A stretch of 64,000 bases of DNA from Eledone cirrhosa (lineage: Eukaryota): contig OZ024747.1 in the NCBI GenBank assembly GCA_964016885.1, positions 57,722,001-57,786,000 on the forward strand, in the 5' to 3' direction. The translations under genes were made by a program, and so were the position numbers. Under the pieces are notes generated by a model. That model worked only from the letters and a program-made list of their open reading frames with translations. It ran no database searches and was not told the origin of the DNA. Shown piece by piece: positions 27,433-41,967 of the stretch. Positions within the stretch are counted from its first letter, which is position 1. Each line of letters starts with the position of its first letter.

Positions 27433-27782
27433 ATAGAATAGAAAACGAAAAATCAGTGATGCATCTGAACTCAATTTATTGTGTGTTACAAATGTTTCCC
27501 TGGCGGACAGCTCGAGACGCAATCATTGAGTGGATCTGTCTGATTCTGGCCCCGCAGGTTTGACAGACACGACTAATGATTTCGGAGTATATTGTCTCAT
27601 ATTCGGAGCATATTCTCTGATAGAATATGCTCCGAAATCATTAGTCGTGTCCTTCGAACCTGCGGGTCCAGAATCAGACATCCACACAATGATCGCGTCT
27701 CGAGCTGTCCGCCGCGGAAACATTTGTAACATACAATAAATTGAGTTCAGATGCATCACTGATTTTTCGTTTTCTATTCTAT
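27433..27782. mobile_element. Fold-back element (diverged ~165-bp inverted arms)
   Basis: Arms are reverse complementary; GAAAC[AUUU]GUA half-motif followed by AATAAA in each arm; abuts a TA tract. Confidence 0.75.
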
Positions 27783-27784
27783 AT

Positions 27785-28200
<416 letters not shown>

Positions 28201-28347
28201 TAACTGCTCTGTAGAACAACTGATGTTATTACATTGAGCTATTTATCTTAATGGTAATAAGGTAGTAATAAATTACTGACCTTCACTGTTTAGGGTTTAA
28301 AATATATATAACTATAAAAAGTTTTAGTATATACATAAATAGTATCC

Positions 28348-28389
<42 letters not shown>

Positions 28390-29573
28390 TTTTACATTTT
28401 TCCCTCTTCTATCCAATGTTGGCTGGCCATTGGTGTAAGCGGGAGTTCGTTGCTGCTTCCCTTAGGTTACCGTGCTGTGGGTTCATCCGGGATACTGGAT
28501 CGCTGAGTATCAAGAGGTCTCTTGAAAGCAACTTCGTCCACACCATGCATACCTCTAAAATTTCTTGGCAGCTTGTTGAAGAGTTGAGGGCCTTTGAACC
28601 CCAGGCTATGGCAATATCTACTCCTTATTTTAGATGTGAAAGACAGGAACTTTGGCACTGCACATTGACGACCTGTTCGGGGGTAGCGCTCAATGCCAAA
28701 TTTGGTGCTAGTAGCTCCAGGATTTTCCATATGTATATCACTGCGTATCTCTCCCATCTTCGTTCCAAAGAGTAGAGTTTCAGTTCTTCTAGTATCTCCC
28801 AGTATCTCATCTCCTTCATCGTGGCAATCCTCTTGCTGTAGCTTCATTGTATTGCCTGAAGCTCCGTGGTTATTTTAGTACTATGAAGTGACCACATTTG
28901 GGAGCAGTAGTCCAGTCGGCTGAGGTCAAATGTCCTCCATAGCATCAACATGGTCTCTCCGTGCCCTGTCCGGTAAGTCGTCAAGATCTAGCCAGCGAAT
29001 CATCTGCTCATTGTCGCCTCCCTCAAGATGTGTGACGAAAAAGATGCACCGTTGCTCATGTCTATCCCCAGGTTTCGTACCGATTTCGACACGGGCATTT
29101 CGATCCCCCCTGCTCCGGTGTAGCTGTGTTGTACTGTCTTTTTGTTTGCAGATTGGTAGTGTTGGACTTGAAATTTTCCAGCATTAAACTGCATGTTGTT
29201 ATCCTCAGCCCATTTGTATATGGAATCCAGATCTTGTTGTAAAAGGGCAGCATCAGTCGGGTTTTTTATTAACTATTTTACCTTTCTGTCCTCAGAATAG
29301 CTAGTGAGGGATGTTCTATGTACTACAGAGGGCACATCTGAGAGAGCTGAGGAACCCTACTTGTTTTCGATGTTTCTTTTGAGAGGGCCCCATTAGCTGC
29401 AACTGTCTGGCTTCTGTCTTTAACATATCATGCAGCCACTCAGCTACTTTTCAAGTTATGCCGAGTCTGTGTAGTTTGTGACGTTCACATGTGAGCTGTC
29501 CAGCAGTTGTTTCAGCACCCTGTCATAGTGTTGTAACTGCTGTGTAAGGCAACTTCTTCCTGGGCGAAAGCCA

Positions 29574-29575
<2 letters not shown>
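28390..29575 (-). mobile_element. Degraded CR1-group LINE 3' fragment
   Basis: MQFNAGKF, RNLG, LDYCSQMWS, YWE..LKLYSLERR.ERY..IYIWKI, GPQLFNKLP pieces across frames. Confidence 0.8.
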
Positions 29576-29669
<94 letters not shown>

Positions 29670-30030
29670 GTTATGCAAGAAATGCTTAGGGTTATCCTGA
29701 ATGCAGTAATGGTTAATTACTACACTAGATAGAGTTGACGTACGGTGAAGGGTTACTGAACAGGTTATGGAAGAATAGTTGGACAAATTCAGTTTCTGAT
29801 CCTTCTGTATTACGGAGTGTAGATAAAGAATGAATAATAACAGGTAGACATCATAAAAAGGAAATGTTAGTCGCAGCATTTGAAATTGAGTTTCTGCAAT
29901 CAAATAATTATTAATTATCAATTGCACATAGCATGACTAGGCTGTATAACTACTGTTGAAACATTTGTAAGCACTAGGAATAAATTACCTTTTTATGATG
30001 TCTACCTGTTATTATTCATTCTTTATATAT

Positions 30031-30122
<92 letters not shown>

Positions 30123-30605
30123 TAGACCTTGATTTTATATATATATATATATATATTGTTGTACTTTGGGAGGGTCATGTTGCCAATAAGAAACACACGC
30201 ACCGTTGCTTTCACTCCAATTTATTATAAATTAAATTATAAATTTAAACAAATACATAAACAAATAAAAACACAGACAGGCACCCGGATGTAACACATAC
30301 GCAAACTAAGCACACAACACACACACAAATAAGATGGCGTAGGACAGAACAAAGGAGAGGCACAAAACAAAGAAAAGAATCCCCGGACACTGATGAGGTC
30401 ACATAATGTGTGACGAAGGACTTTGGCAATATATGAACAACCATCCGGTTGTGGAACCAACCAACCAACCGGAAATTTATAAATTGGAGTGAAAGCAACT
30501 GGTGCGTGTGTTTCTTATTGGCAACATGCCCCTCCAAAATTATAACAATATCGGTTTCAACACACGTTTTCTGATAAAGAATCTTGCTAAACAAATTCAT
30601 AAACG

Positions 30606-30677
<72 letters not shown>

Positions 30678-30683
<6 letters not shown>

Positions 30684-31668
30684 GTGAGGTTTTTTTTACA
30701 AAATAAAAGAATAACCGAGGTCTCCTACACGAGTGAAAGTATAAAGAAAAAAAGATGAAATCGAAAATGCAACTGAAGTCTTATTTTAAAAAATATATAT
30801 ATATTTATTTGGTTCCTTTACCGGTTTCGCAGTTCTTCTGCTTTTCAAAAGTAGAGTTGAGATGGAGGGTCTGTGGTTTTTCTCATATCTGCTTGGTCTT
30901 TGAATGTTACTTGTTTTATATGGAAAAAAGTGGCTCGAAACGCCAGGTTTTAGAGAACTAATTTGATTGGTTGGTCAATAAGTATAATAAATTCGTGCCA
31001 GTTCGCGTTACAAAGTTCTTCAAACGAGGGGGGGGGGGGAAGCTCAGGTTGTTTTTTTCATATAGGAGTGTTTGAATTTCTTTTAACTTAAAAAAAGTGG
31101 CTCACGAAGGCTTTAAAAAAAAAATGCAATTTGATCGGTTATAAATGAAATTATGACTGTCACGTGAACAAGTTCATTAAATATCGCACCCGTATTTGGG
31201 AATTTATTTTGTAGCCTTTTAGAGAATTTTATGACAAGCAAAAGAATGGTCAAGAGAAATGGGATGGGAGAATTGTTCTGATTCAGTGAATATGGATAGT
31301 TCGCTGGGGTATCAGAGTTCAGATTTTCTATTGAAATAAAGAAAGTAGACATATGTATGTTTATTTGTGTGTTTGTGTGTGTGTGTGTGTATGTGTGTGT
31401 GTGTATAGGAAGATGACTCTATTGGTAGAAATGGGGGAGGGCGTTGTGTGTGTGTGTGTGTGTATATGGGTGTGTGTGTGTGTGGGAGTATGTTAAGAGG
31501 GAGAGAATATATATATTTTGTGTGTGTGTGTGTGTGTAGGAAAGTGATTCTATTAGTAGAAATGGGGGAGGGAGTTGTGTTTATGTGTGGGGTGTTATGT
31601 GTGTGTGTATGGGTGTTATGTGTGTGTGGGAGTTTGGTTAGCATGTTAAGATGAAGAGGATATATATA

Positions 31669-31704
<36 letters not shown>

Positions 31705-32384
31705 AAATGATTCCGTTAGTAAGAATATTTTTGAATGAACATATTTTCTTTACTTATTCGTATTTGTTCTGTTGCATTGTCAGTGCAAACGTATGTTAAG
31801 GTTTATTTAGTTCGGGTTTTTATTTTCTAAAGTAGATGTTATGTGTGTGTGTATGTGTCTGTTTGGATGGTTAGCATGTTATGGTGTTGACATAATGTAT
31901 ATTAAACCATATTTAATGCTGGTCTATATTTTTGAATAAACCTATTTTCCTTATTTATTCGTATTTGTTCTGTTGTATTGTCAGTGCAAAGGTTAAATGG
32001 GAAGACTTGGAATTTGGGTGTCTTATTACTTGCGCAAATGTCTAGATATGCGCTTAGAGGTATCTGTCTCGTGGTTGGATCTCGTAATTGTTGGCGATGA
32101 ACTGTCATTCTATTTCTGAGTGTTGGCGCGAAATTTATTATACTTATTGACCAACCAATCAAATTACTTCTCTAAAAACCTGGCGTTTCGAACCACTTTT
32201 TTCCATATAAAACCAGTAACATTCAAAGACCAACCAGATGTGAAAAAAACCACAGACCCTCCATCTCAACTCTACTTTTGAAAAGCAGAAGAACTGCGAA
32301 ACCGGTAAAGGAACCAAATAAATATATATATTTTTTTAAAAATAAGACTCCAATTGCATTTTTCGATTTCATCTTTTTTTCCTT

Positions 32385-32385
<1 letters not shown>
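30678..32385 (-). mobile_element. 5'-truncated Penelope-like element: GIY-YIG C-terminus, long 3' UTR and inverted copy of its own 3' end
   Basis: ORF 31902-32130 TLRNRMTVHRQQ...KENRFIQKYRPALN; 32131-32385 is the reverse complement of ~30740-30998; TA-flanked; hammerheads at 30816-30851 (-) and 32275-32310 (+). Confidence 0.8.
32275..32310 (+). ncRNA. 36-nt minimal hammerhead, U3:A8 core variant (identical copies 30816-30851 -, 43665-43700 +)
   Basis: CUU-UUGAAAA-GCAG[AAGAA]CUGC-GAAAC-CG-GUA^AAG; palindromic ACCGGU. Confidence 0.7.
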
Positions 32386-32441
<56 letters not shown>

Positions 32442-32516
32442 GCAGAACAAGCAAAATTCAACCAATTTTTAAAAATAAATTAAAAAATATAATTTAAATA
32501 TTTACCTATCCTTTTC

Positions 32517-32597
32517 GCCCTTACCGATCGGTTTCGCTTTGTAAAACACCAGAAATCCAATGGATTTCTAATGGAAAATCAAAGTTCATCAGAGAAC
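32517..32597 (-). ncRNA. Type-I hammerhead ribozyme
   Basis: GUUCU-CUGAUGA-ACUUUG...CAAAGC-GAAACC[GAUC]GGUA^AGGGC; inner hairpin AGAAAUCC/GGAUUUCU. Confidence 0.8.
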
Positions 32598-32848
32598 CAT
32601 TTTCCTTTCCTAGTGCTAAAGACCCAGGAACGATAAAATATATCGCCATCCGCCAGCTAGCACAGATCTAATGAGGTCGAAAAGTGACCCGTACGTGAAC
32701 CAGTCCGAAGTTAAAGCAGGAAAAAACATAGACGTGCTGTCTATCCTACTACTAAAAATAGCAGCTAAATAGAACAACAGATTTGTTCTCTACATAACAG
32801 AGAATAATAAAAGAAGTTAATATGCCCAAGGGTACTAAGTATCCCTGG

Positions 32849-32884
<36 letters not shown>

Positions 32885-34057
32885 TACTTCTACTTACTGG
32901 GTAATTACGTTAGCTCTCTGGCATGCACTGCCCTTAATGTTTGTTATGCAGTAAGACAGTCAAAATATGTCTGATAATGTCTTATTTTGTTTTTACTATT
33001 ACTAATAACGCATCATTCGAAACTGTGTACTTGCATTCGTTTGCGACCACATATCTGCTAAATAAACTCTGTTAGATAATAATTTGTGGAGAAATCTAAC
33101 TGCAGTGCTTTTCATTTCGCAAGTCAGGGCGCAGCAGCAGGCCCTTGTATTTAACAGGTTACCAGAGACCTAATATATTGATGTCATTATTGACCTTAAA
33201 TCGAGCAAGAAAGGCAGTTCCCGAAGGTTGACGTTTTACGCCGGACGTTTGTAATTGAAAAATTGCTGTGTTTGCCAGCATTTCAAGAGTTTTAAGTTTT
33301 GAGTAAGGTATGTGAGTCCCATGAGCCTCAATCACTAAATAATAATATATTATTATAAAAAAAAACCAAGAATTTCCCTTACGACCTAAACAGATCGAAT
33401 GTATTGAGAATGTCCTTGACTGAGAACCAACGCTTCAGTTTTTCGTAACATAAATGACTCGATATGTTTCCCCATTATTCTTAATAGCGTCTTCAACAAG
33501 CCGTTTATTTCTCAGAATATAACGATTATAGGATTCCTTAAGTGACAACTTAGAAGTCTAATAATTGGCAAGGATATGCTCGTACACTTCAGAAAATTCA
33601 ATAGAAAGTACGTGGAGGGGAAATATTTTATGCGAATGAACGGATTCAACCTAAAGATTTTTTCTTTGTTGAAAATAGAATCAGTACGAACAGATATGAG
33701 TTAACAATCAGAAAATGTCAAGTTCCCAATGGCAATGACTATGGCTATCTTTATTATTTACAGTTTAATATTCACTTAATATTCAAAGTATTAATATTTA
33801 TATATATATATTTTATGTGTATTGTATGCTATATGAGCAATTATTCTCGTATCTAATCTAGCAGGAGATATTTTATAAACGGATTCCTTTAAAGTTCTGT
33901 GTCATATTGTATCATAGATTTATGTTATTTAACATCCCTTGTTATCATCATGTTCATATTTAGATTTTAGATTTGCTTCGCGTTGTGTGTTATCCTTGTA
34001 CACTGATAGTAATATTAAGAACTTCCTGGGCTATCTATCTAACATAATTATAATATA

Positions 34058-34235
34058 TAGTATCGGTAGAGGGTCGGACGCCATGCTTTCCAGCATAGTT
34101 ACGTCCCTTTACGATCTGAGTTCAAATCCCGCCGAGGTTGACTTTGCCTTTCATCCTTACGGGGTCGATAAAATAAAGTACCAGTAATGCACTGGATAAT
34201 TGCTGGCCTTGTGCCTAAAGTAGAAACAATAATTA
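34058..34235 (+). mobile_element. tRNA-derived SINE
   Basis: Same family as 16784-16972. Confidence 0.9.
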
Positions 34236-34286
34236 TAATATATATATTTACATACATGAACGTACAAACACACACACATTCACACA

Positions 34287-34359
<73 letters not shown>

Positions 34360-34509
34360 ACGCGTGTGTCTATCTTCCGTTCTCACTATAACGAGTTGAA
34401 GGACCCTTCAGGTAAATCGCATGGTCTCATGTATGGTTTGTCAATTTGTCGTAGAAGTTCTACAGTATAACCAACTCTCTGTCTCTCCTCTCTCGTTATA
34501 TATATATAT

Positions 34510-35620
34510 CAAGAGAGACATGCGCCATATCCACTGCAGAATAAACTCAAAGATTCCAATGAATATATCCGAGCATTTTATATCAACTAGAAATATATAT
34601 ATAAAATAAACATTTGGAACAATCACAGGGAATAATTTGTAAAGTGTGTAAGTACACATAGTTAGGTAGGTAACTAATTAAAGTTTAACTAGAAATTCAA
34701 ATATAGATATCTTTTTAAATGATTAATCTCTTTTGTATATATTTCTTTAAATAAAAAATATATTTCACCAATTAATCAGTAAATCACAGTAGTCAAATCC
34801 GAATGTTCACCCAAGGAGAAGATCCAACAATCTGTGTTCACACAGCAAATGCAAATCTTTGAATGACACGTACCACGTGTTGCATTTAAAACAAAAATAC
34901 ACACATCGCACAGCATCATCCACTGGCGTGAATAGGTATCTATATTTGAAGTTCTAGTTAAACTATAATTAGTTACCTACCTAGCTATGTGTGCTTACAC
35001 ACTTTACAAATTATTCCCTGTGATTGTTCTATATGTTTATTTTATACATATATATAGCAATCTATTTCTAGTTGATATAAAATGCTCAGATCTATTCATT
35101 GTAATCTTTGAGCTTATTCTGCAGGGATATGGCGCATGTCTCTCAGACATGACAGCCCTTAATTTAATTTTAGATATATATACGGACTCTTAATTGTAGA
35201 GCTAACTCAGCTGAATGGACACGGCTGCTATTTCTAGCTGTCGATAATCCTATTCACGCCACTGGGATGACACTGTGCGATGTGTGTATTTTTAAAAAAA
35301 TGGAGCACGCGGTAAGAGTCATTCACAGATTTGCATTTGCTGTGTGAACACAGATGGTTGGATCTTCTCCTTTGGTGACCATCCGGATTTGACTACCGTG
35401 ATTTACTGATTAATTGGTGAAATATATTTTTTATTTAAAGAAATATATACAAAGGAGATTAATCATTTAAAAAGGTATCTATATTTGAAGTTCTAGTTAA
35501 ACTTTAATTGGTTACCTACCTAACTATGTGTGCTTACACACTTTACAAATTATTTCCTGTGATTGTTCCATATGTTTATTTTATAGATAGATATATCAAT
35601 CTATTTCTAGTTGATATATA
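34510..35620. mobile_element. Inverted plus tandem (~540 bp period) TA-flanked repeat element
   Basis: 34510-34935 is the reverse complement of parts of 34936-35620; gtatctatatttgaagttctag recurs at 34937 and 35475. Confidence 0.7.
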
Positions 35621-35694
35621 TATATATATATATATATATAAACGGAAAAAATGAAACGAAATTTCATTTCCCACTCTTAGTACGGCTGTTACTG

Positions 35695-35749
<55 letters not shown>

Positions 35750-35936
35750 AAGTTAATATGCCCACGGGTATTAAGTACCCCTGGAAATATATAGGTTGTC
35801 TATGATACAGGGTTGTTCAATGGTATTAATTTGACATACCAGAACTATAATATTAAGATAAGCAGAACAAGCAAAATTCAAACAATTTCTTAAAAATAAA
35901 TAAAAAAATATAATTTAAATATTTACCTACTCCAGT

Positions 35937-36019
35937 TGCTCTTACCGATCGGTTTCCCTTTACAAAACATTGGAAATCCATGGGATTTCCAATGGAAAAG
36001 TAAAGTTCATCAGAAAGCA
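35937..36019 (-). ncRNA. Type-I hammerhead ribozyme within fold-back 35855-36150
   Basis: UGCUUU-CUGAUGA-ACUUUAC...GUAAAGG-GAAACC[GAUC]GGUA^AGAGCA; covaries with the 32517 copy. Confidence 0.82.
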
Positions 36020-36145
36020 TTTTCCTTTCCAATGTTTTGTAAAGGGAAACAGATCGGTAAGAGCAACTGGAGTAGGTAAATATTTAAATTATATTTTTTA
36101 ATTTATTTTTAAGAAATTGTTTGAATTTTGCTTGTTCTGCTTATC

Positions 36146-36230
<85 letters not shown>

Positions 36231-36746
36231 ATGATTATATATATATAATTAAATAGTAAGGTGGAAATGCCTGAAGGATGCGTTCTGTATGAAGTGTATA
36301 TATGCAAATGCAAATAAATTCTCGATGATTGAATATGGCGAGTGGGGAAAAAACTCAAATCAACTGAAACGGTCTTCTCAATTTCAACACCGTAACCTAT
36401 TTACTGGTGTTTATGTCACGGAAATAACCAAGGGAGATTACTCCTATATTTATGTCTAACTTCAGGTCATTTATATTCAAGAAAGCTTAAGCCACATGTT
36501 AGGAAAATTGATATAACATTTATGTGAATTATAGCTAATGTTACAGCTATATTTGTATAAATTGTATTCAGTGACCTAAAGACTGGTTTCCTGTTGATGT
36601 GGAGGCGATTAATTTTCAAGTTCTTCTAATATAACATTTTTGATAGCATACTATATGTTTAATTGAAAATATTTTGAAGATTATTCGCTATGAATTATAA
36701 AATAGTCACTATGTAACTTTTTTATTCTCGGCAAAAACGAAGAGGA

Positions 36747-36793
36747 GTAATTGACAGTACTGTTTCTTCCTCGCTAGTGGTTATCAAGACTAC
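36747..36793 (-). ncRNA. Degenerate hammerhead, U3:A8 core, in a diverged copy (36650-37020) of the 42425-43590 family
   Basis: GUAGUC-UUGAUAA-CC...GGAA-GAAACAG[UA]CUGUC^AAUUAC. Confidence 0.5.
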
Positions 36794-37020
36794 TTACCCC
36801 TTCGCTTCCGCCGAGAAATATAGAAGCTGAATTCTATAAATTATAGAATTCCAGTAATGTTTAAGAGCTGATTAAACAGAGCAGTTGCCGATCCAGCAAA
36901 AATTGGGTATTAGTATTGGTGCCCTGAAATAGCGAAGGGGTCAACATTCATAGCGAATGGTCTTCAAAATGTTTTTAATTAAACATACAGTATGTTATCA
37001 AATATACTATACATACATTC

Positions 37021-37143
<123 letters not shown>

Positions 37144-37564
37144 ACACACTAGTAAACTAAGATAGAATACAATAACCAAAACACAGTCACCCAAACGCGA
37201 ACACACATCAAACACTATACACACACGCAAACGCATGCGCAGAGAAGAAGACAAAAATAAATAAATAAATAAATAAACAGATTAAATAAAGATGGCGTAG
37301 ACTTACAATACAACAGGAGGAAACATAATAGCTCCACTGACGATGTTCAGATGTGCAACGAAAGAAATTTGTTAGACTATATATATGTGTTTGTGTCTAT
37401 ATTATATCTGTATTTTTGACCGTTGGTCAGTCAATGGTAAACATTGAGGACCGAATAAATTAACTGATATAAAAGATACAGAAGCGAAAACCAAGCAAAC
37501 AGTGAGTGTGTTCTGTTATTATTTCTGACAATATTATTACAACAATATGACCATCCCCAAGTAT

Positions 37565-37637
<73 letters not shown>

Positions 37638-38099
37638 TACACGGATGTGTATGATTGTGTATAGAAGATTATATTATTATATATAAAAGGAATTCCAACT
37701 TGACTGTCACCACAGAATATGAACCTGAAGATTGCGAAAGCATGGCAGTACTTGTTCAATTAATACCTAACATTTAATATTCTACCATACTATTTAATTC
37801 TAATACCATTATACATTTTAAAGGATTGTAAATAAAACGAGTAAATCAGACAAAGTTGGAATTCCTTTTATTAATATATATATATGTGTATGTTCGGGTG
37901 TGTGTGTGTATGTGTGTATATATATGTGTGTGCGTGTGTATGTGTGTATATATATATATGTGTGTGTGTGTGCATGTGTATATATATATATATATGTGTA
38001 TATGTGTGTGTGTATGTGTGTATATATATATATGTGTGTTTGTGTATGTGTGTATATATATATATATATTATTATGTAATAAACAACATAAGGCAATTA

Positions 38100-38159
38100 T
38101 TCCATTTACCAGTGGTTTCTTAAAAGCAAAAGGTTTTGCTTTCAATCCTCAGAATGAAA
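38100..38159 (-). ncRNA. Canonical type-I hammerhead ribozyme (inverted copy)
   Basis: Reverse complement of 38242-38301. Confidence 0.85.
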
Positions 38160-38241
38160 AAATCCTGGTTTGTTTATTGAATTTGGATTTTTAAAAAAAC
38201 CTGTTTTTTAAAATCCAAATTCAATAAACAAACCAGGATTT

Positions 38242-38301
38242 TTTCATTCTGAGGATTGAAAGCAAAACCTTTTGCTTTTAAGAAACCACTGGTAAATGGA
38301 A
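38242..38301 (+). ncRNA. Canonical type-I hammerhead ribozyme
   Basis: UUUCAUU-CUGAGGA-UUGAAAGCAAA[ACCU]UUUGCUUUUAA-GAAACC[ACU]GGUA^AAUGGAA; 7-bp stem I, 11-bp stem II; predicted cleavage after 38294. Confidence 0.87.
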
Positions 38302-39377
38302 TAATTGCCTTATGTTGTTTATTACATAATAATAATTAAGCTCTGTTGCCTACATAGAGCACTCTCTTTTTTCCTGGACTTTTCCGACGGAATTACTTCA
38401 TTTATATATATATATATATTGTTTCATATTTGAATATTACAATACCTACTATTAATAAGAAGGAGGTTGCTGCATTGAATGAAAGTTCTGTTATATCTTA
38501 AAGAAATAAATCCTATATTACTTCATTAATTTTCATTTGGTAAGATGCGAAAGTACATGCTGTAACATGTATTTCCTGCACTGGTATATTACTTTCATGT
38601 AGTTTTCATGCATTGGACGCACTTGACCGCACTCAACATTGCTCACGTGAACTTAGCATTGTTGGACGTTTAAAATATTTCTCCCCAACTATAAGAATTC
38701 AGTTTTGATACTAATGCATGGCATCTTCGACGAGAGTCAACTTAAGCTTTGTGAGCGAAATTTGTTGGAGATTGTTTGGAATCTCATCGAATGGTCTGTA
38801 CCTGTCATGTACGTAGACACAGGAGGCACCCATCTCTCCCTCTCTGCAATGCTGGGCACCTTACATGTGTTTCATTTCTCATATAGGTTGTTCCATTCAT
38901 AAAAAAACTGGAATATTCTTCGTCAAAACCGAGTGAGGTCCATTCCAGAGCACTGCAATGCTAGATCGCAGTGGAGAACCCATAGATAATCCGTCTTACT
39001 TCGCATAATTTACCCTGGATAACATTATTGAAATTATTTCTTTTTCAAAATCATTTGTGCGGAATAGCATTCAATATATTGTCTTCGCTTAAGTTATTTC
39101 ATTGCCTTTATCTCCTCCAGTCATCTCTTTCATTACTTCCTGTTTTAGAAATGTTTTATCTTTATTTCTTTTGTGTCTCTTCTTCCATTTTATGCATTTC
39201 ATTAGATTCCTTTCGATCCTTTGATTTCTTTCATATTTAGATTTACCTTCTTTATCCTCTGCCATTTTCTTTTATTTCGAAGAATTATTTGCTTATATAA
39301 CACACATTCTTTTCTTCTTCGACTCGTTGAAATCTCTCTCTATATTTTTCTCTCACTCTCTAACTCTCTCACTCTCT

Positions 39378-39414
<37 letters not shown>

Positions 39415-39518
39415 CCTCTCTCTCTCTCTCTCCCTCTCTCTCTCTCAACACCACCCCAACACCCGCATTCTCTTTTTCTCTCACTCTTTTTATATCTCTC
39501 TCTATATATGTATGTATA

Positions 39519-39601
<83 letters not shown>

Positions 39602-39716
39602 ACACACACGCATATATATATGCGTGTGCGTTCATACATAAATAAATGTATTCGTGTACATAAAGATATATATATATATATATACAGAGATACAGGTATG
39701 TATGTTTGTATGCATG

Positions 39717-39751
<35 letters not shown>

Positions 39752-41269
39752 GTGTGTGTGTATATACATGCGTTAACTTTATACATGTCTTTTTATTATT
39801 TCAATCTCTCGTATTTCTAATAAACTATATTTCTTCCTTCACATTTTTTCCCTTCATACTTCCCTTTATTCAAAGTTGTTCCATTCAATATTTTCGAATT
39901 CAATAAACTCACGCATTCTTCATAAAAAATAATTAATGGTGATTTCAAAATATAATCCTTTGTATATCTCATATATAAGGTAATATATACACTGCCAATA
40001 ACAAAAGTAAACAAATTCAGCTGCTGTAACATATAGAAAAATCATAGGCATTATGTGGCACTCGGGCCACATTCACTGCTAGGCCCATATATGGCGTTCC
40101 GGCCACATAGAGACATTTGACTTTTTATAATTCCATTCCTATATAAATATAGGAATGGAATTGATTTCTATCCATTTCGAGGACGGGGGTTCCAGTTGTT
40201 TGACCAACGGAACACTCTGTATGTGAAATAAAACTGAAAATAACTGATAATCCCATAGGTACACTTAACATAACTCTTGGGAGAAATCAGTTTGACACAA
40301 TATAAGACATGACTGGGCCTTTAAATTATAAGGCAGCCCTCCCACTATTGACAGTGTTTAAGTTTCCGTCTACCAATTTTCCTTACAATCTATGATCAAC
40401 TTGAGACTATGTTAAATGAGAGTCACCCAAGAAATCTTGCAACATGATCGGGCCATGAACTCAAGTTTATGAATTGAACTTTCAAGTATTCAGGCCAGCC
40501 CTGCCGTGCATGAATGTTTTAGTAATATTTCCTAAATTTATCAAACTTCCATTTTCTTTCTTCCTTATATTCATTGTTGATTACTCTTGTTTTTATCATT
40601 AACTTCGTGTATTTTGTTTTCACTTTGTAGGTCTGACAAAATGTACAAAGGAGGTATCCCCTCCACATGTGACCAGAGTTATCGATACCGTTGATAGTCT
40701 ATTTTAACTGTCAGATATGAAATCCTTTTGGAAAAGAAATATAAGTAGAGATGGGCTTCCAGAAAAGCGATGTTCTGGGCAGGAAAGACTGGGGTTAATG
40801 GTTATTGTGAAGCCTAGAGGTGTTGAGCACGCCATGTGTAATGAACGGAGAAGAGACAAGTGAAAAGTGAGTGCCCAAGTGGGGATGACATTAGATAAGC
40901 CAGCTCCGGAAATAAGAGATCTTTGTAATATTGATAAAAAATGCAGAGAGATGGGACAGCGAGTCAGAGTTTAGTGACTGTTCCTGACTTCATCACACTA
41001 CAACACATGCTTTATGTTAAATTTATACTTTGAGTGAAGTTGCCAATTCTAGGATGAGAATACTATATGAAGCTCACTTCCAGGAAAAAATAAACTGCCC
41101 TTACCTGAGCTGAAACAACTCATTATCACATTACCAGCGCTACTCCCCATATATATACTACTCTTATAAAAGAAACGTCTTAAACGTGAACACATTTGAT
41201 ATGTAACTGATTCCGATAGTATCTTTCTGTTAAACCTGATTATGTATATTGACTCCCTGAATAAATGAT

Positions 41270-41445
41270 ATTGGTTTCTGATTTAGGCACAAGGCTAATC
41301 ATTTTTGGGGACGACAAAGTCAATTAAATCGATCACAGTCTATTACTGGTACTTTATTTTATCGATCTCATAAGGATGAAAAACAAGGAGAACCTCGGGC
41401 GTAACCCTGTGCCATAATGCATGTTGTCCGATGCTCCACCGGCCT
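41270..41445 (-). mobile_element. Diverged tRNA-derived SINE
   Basis: ggcacaaggc, tactggtactttattttatcga, aaggatgaaa. Confidence 0.7.
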
Positions 41446-41883
41446 AAGTAGAAGTGATATTAATAACTGATATTTGTACCTTTTCTAAAGATATAATGTA
41501 CGACATGAGCATGTAGGGAATTCTAAGGCCAATGTTCTGGGGTAGAAAGTGTGGATCTGAGGTTAATGTGTGGTTGGGAAGGAAGATCGGACACCATAAA
41601 GATAATGCGAGGCGGAGAGACAAATAAGTTGGGAGTGTGTAAGAGAAAACGGCATGGAGTGTTGGGATAGTTTGAAAATTGATAATGAGAATACGCCAAC
41701 TACAGAGAATTACTGTAGCAACAGCCAAACATTATGATGAATAGTTGAGATTATTGAGTAAAACATACTAAGTGAAACCAATATTTTACACACCCGCATA
41801 CGTATCAATATATAATCAAGGTTTAGCAAATAAGAAAAAGTTTAAAAATAATTTTAAAAAAGTTCACTGTACCTGCTGTAATT

Positions 41884-41967
41884 ACCCTTACCGTACGGTT
41901 TCAAGTCTCAAAATAAATGGATAATCCATGGGGAAATTCATTGAGAAGAAGACTTTCGTCAGAGGGT
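41884..41967 (-). ncRNA. Canonical type-I hammerhead ribozyme
   Basis: ACCCU-CUGACGA-AAGUCU...AGACUU-GAAACC[GUAC]GGUA^AGGGU; all stems Watson-Crick. Confidence 0.87.

Larger units (their letters stand above)
38068..38333. mobile_element. Near-perfect palindrome (~130-bp arms), fold-back PLE-type end
   Basis: Centre near 38200; abuts a TA/TG tract. Confidence 0.85.

Noticed and set aside
34510-35620. Ribozyme in the 540-bp tandem/inverted element
   Set aside because: Only fragmentary resemblance; no complete core on either strand
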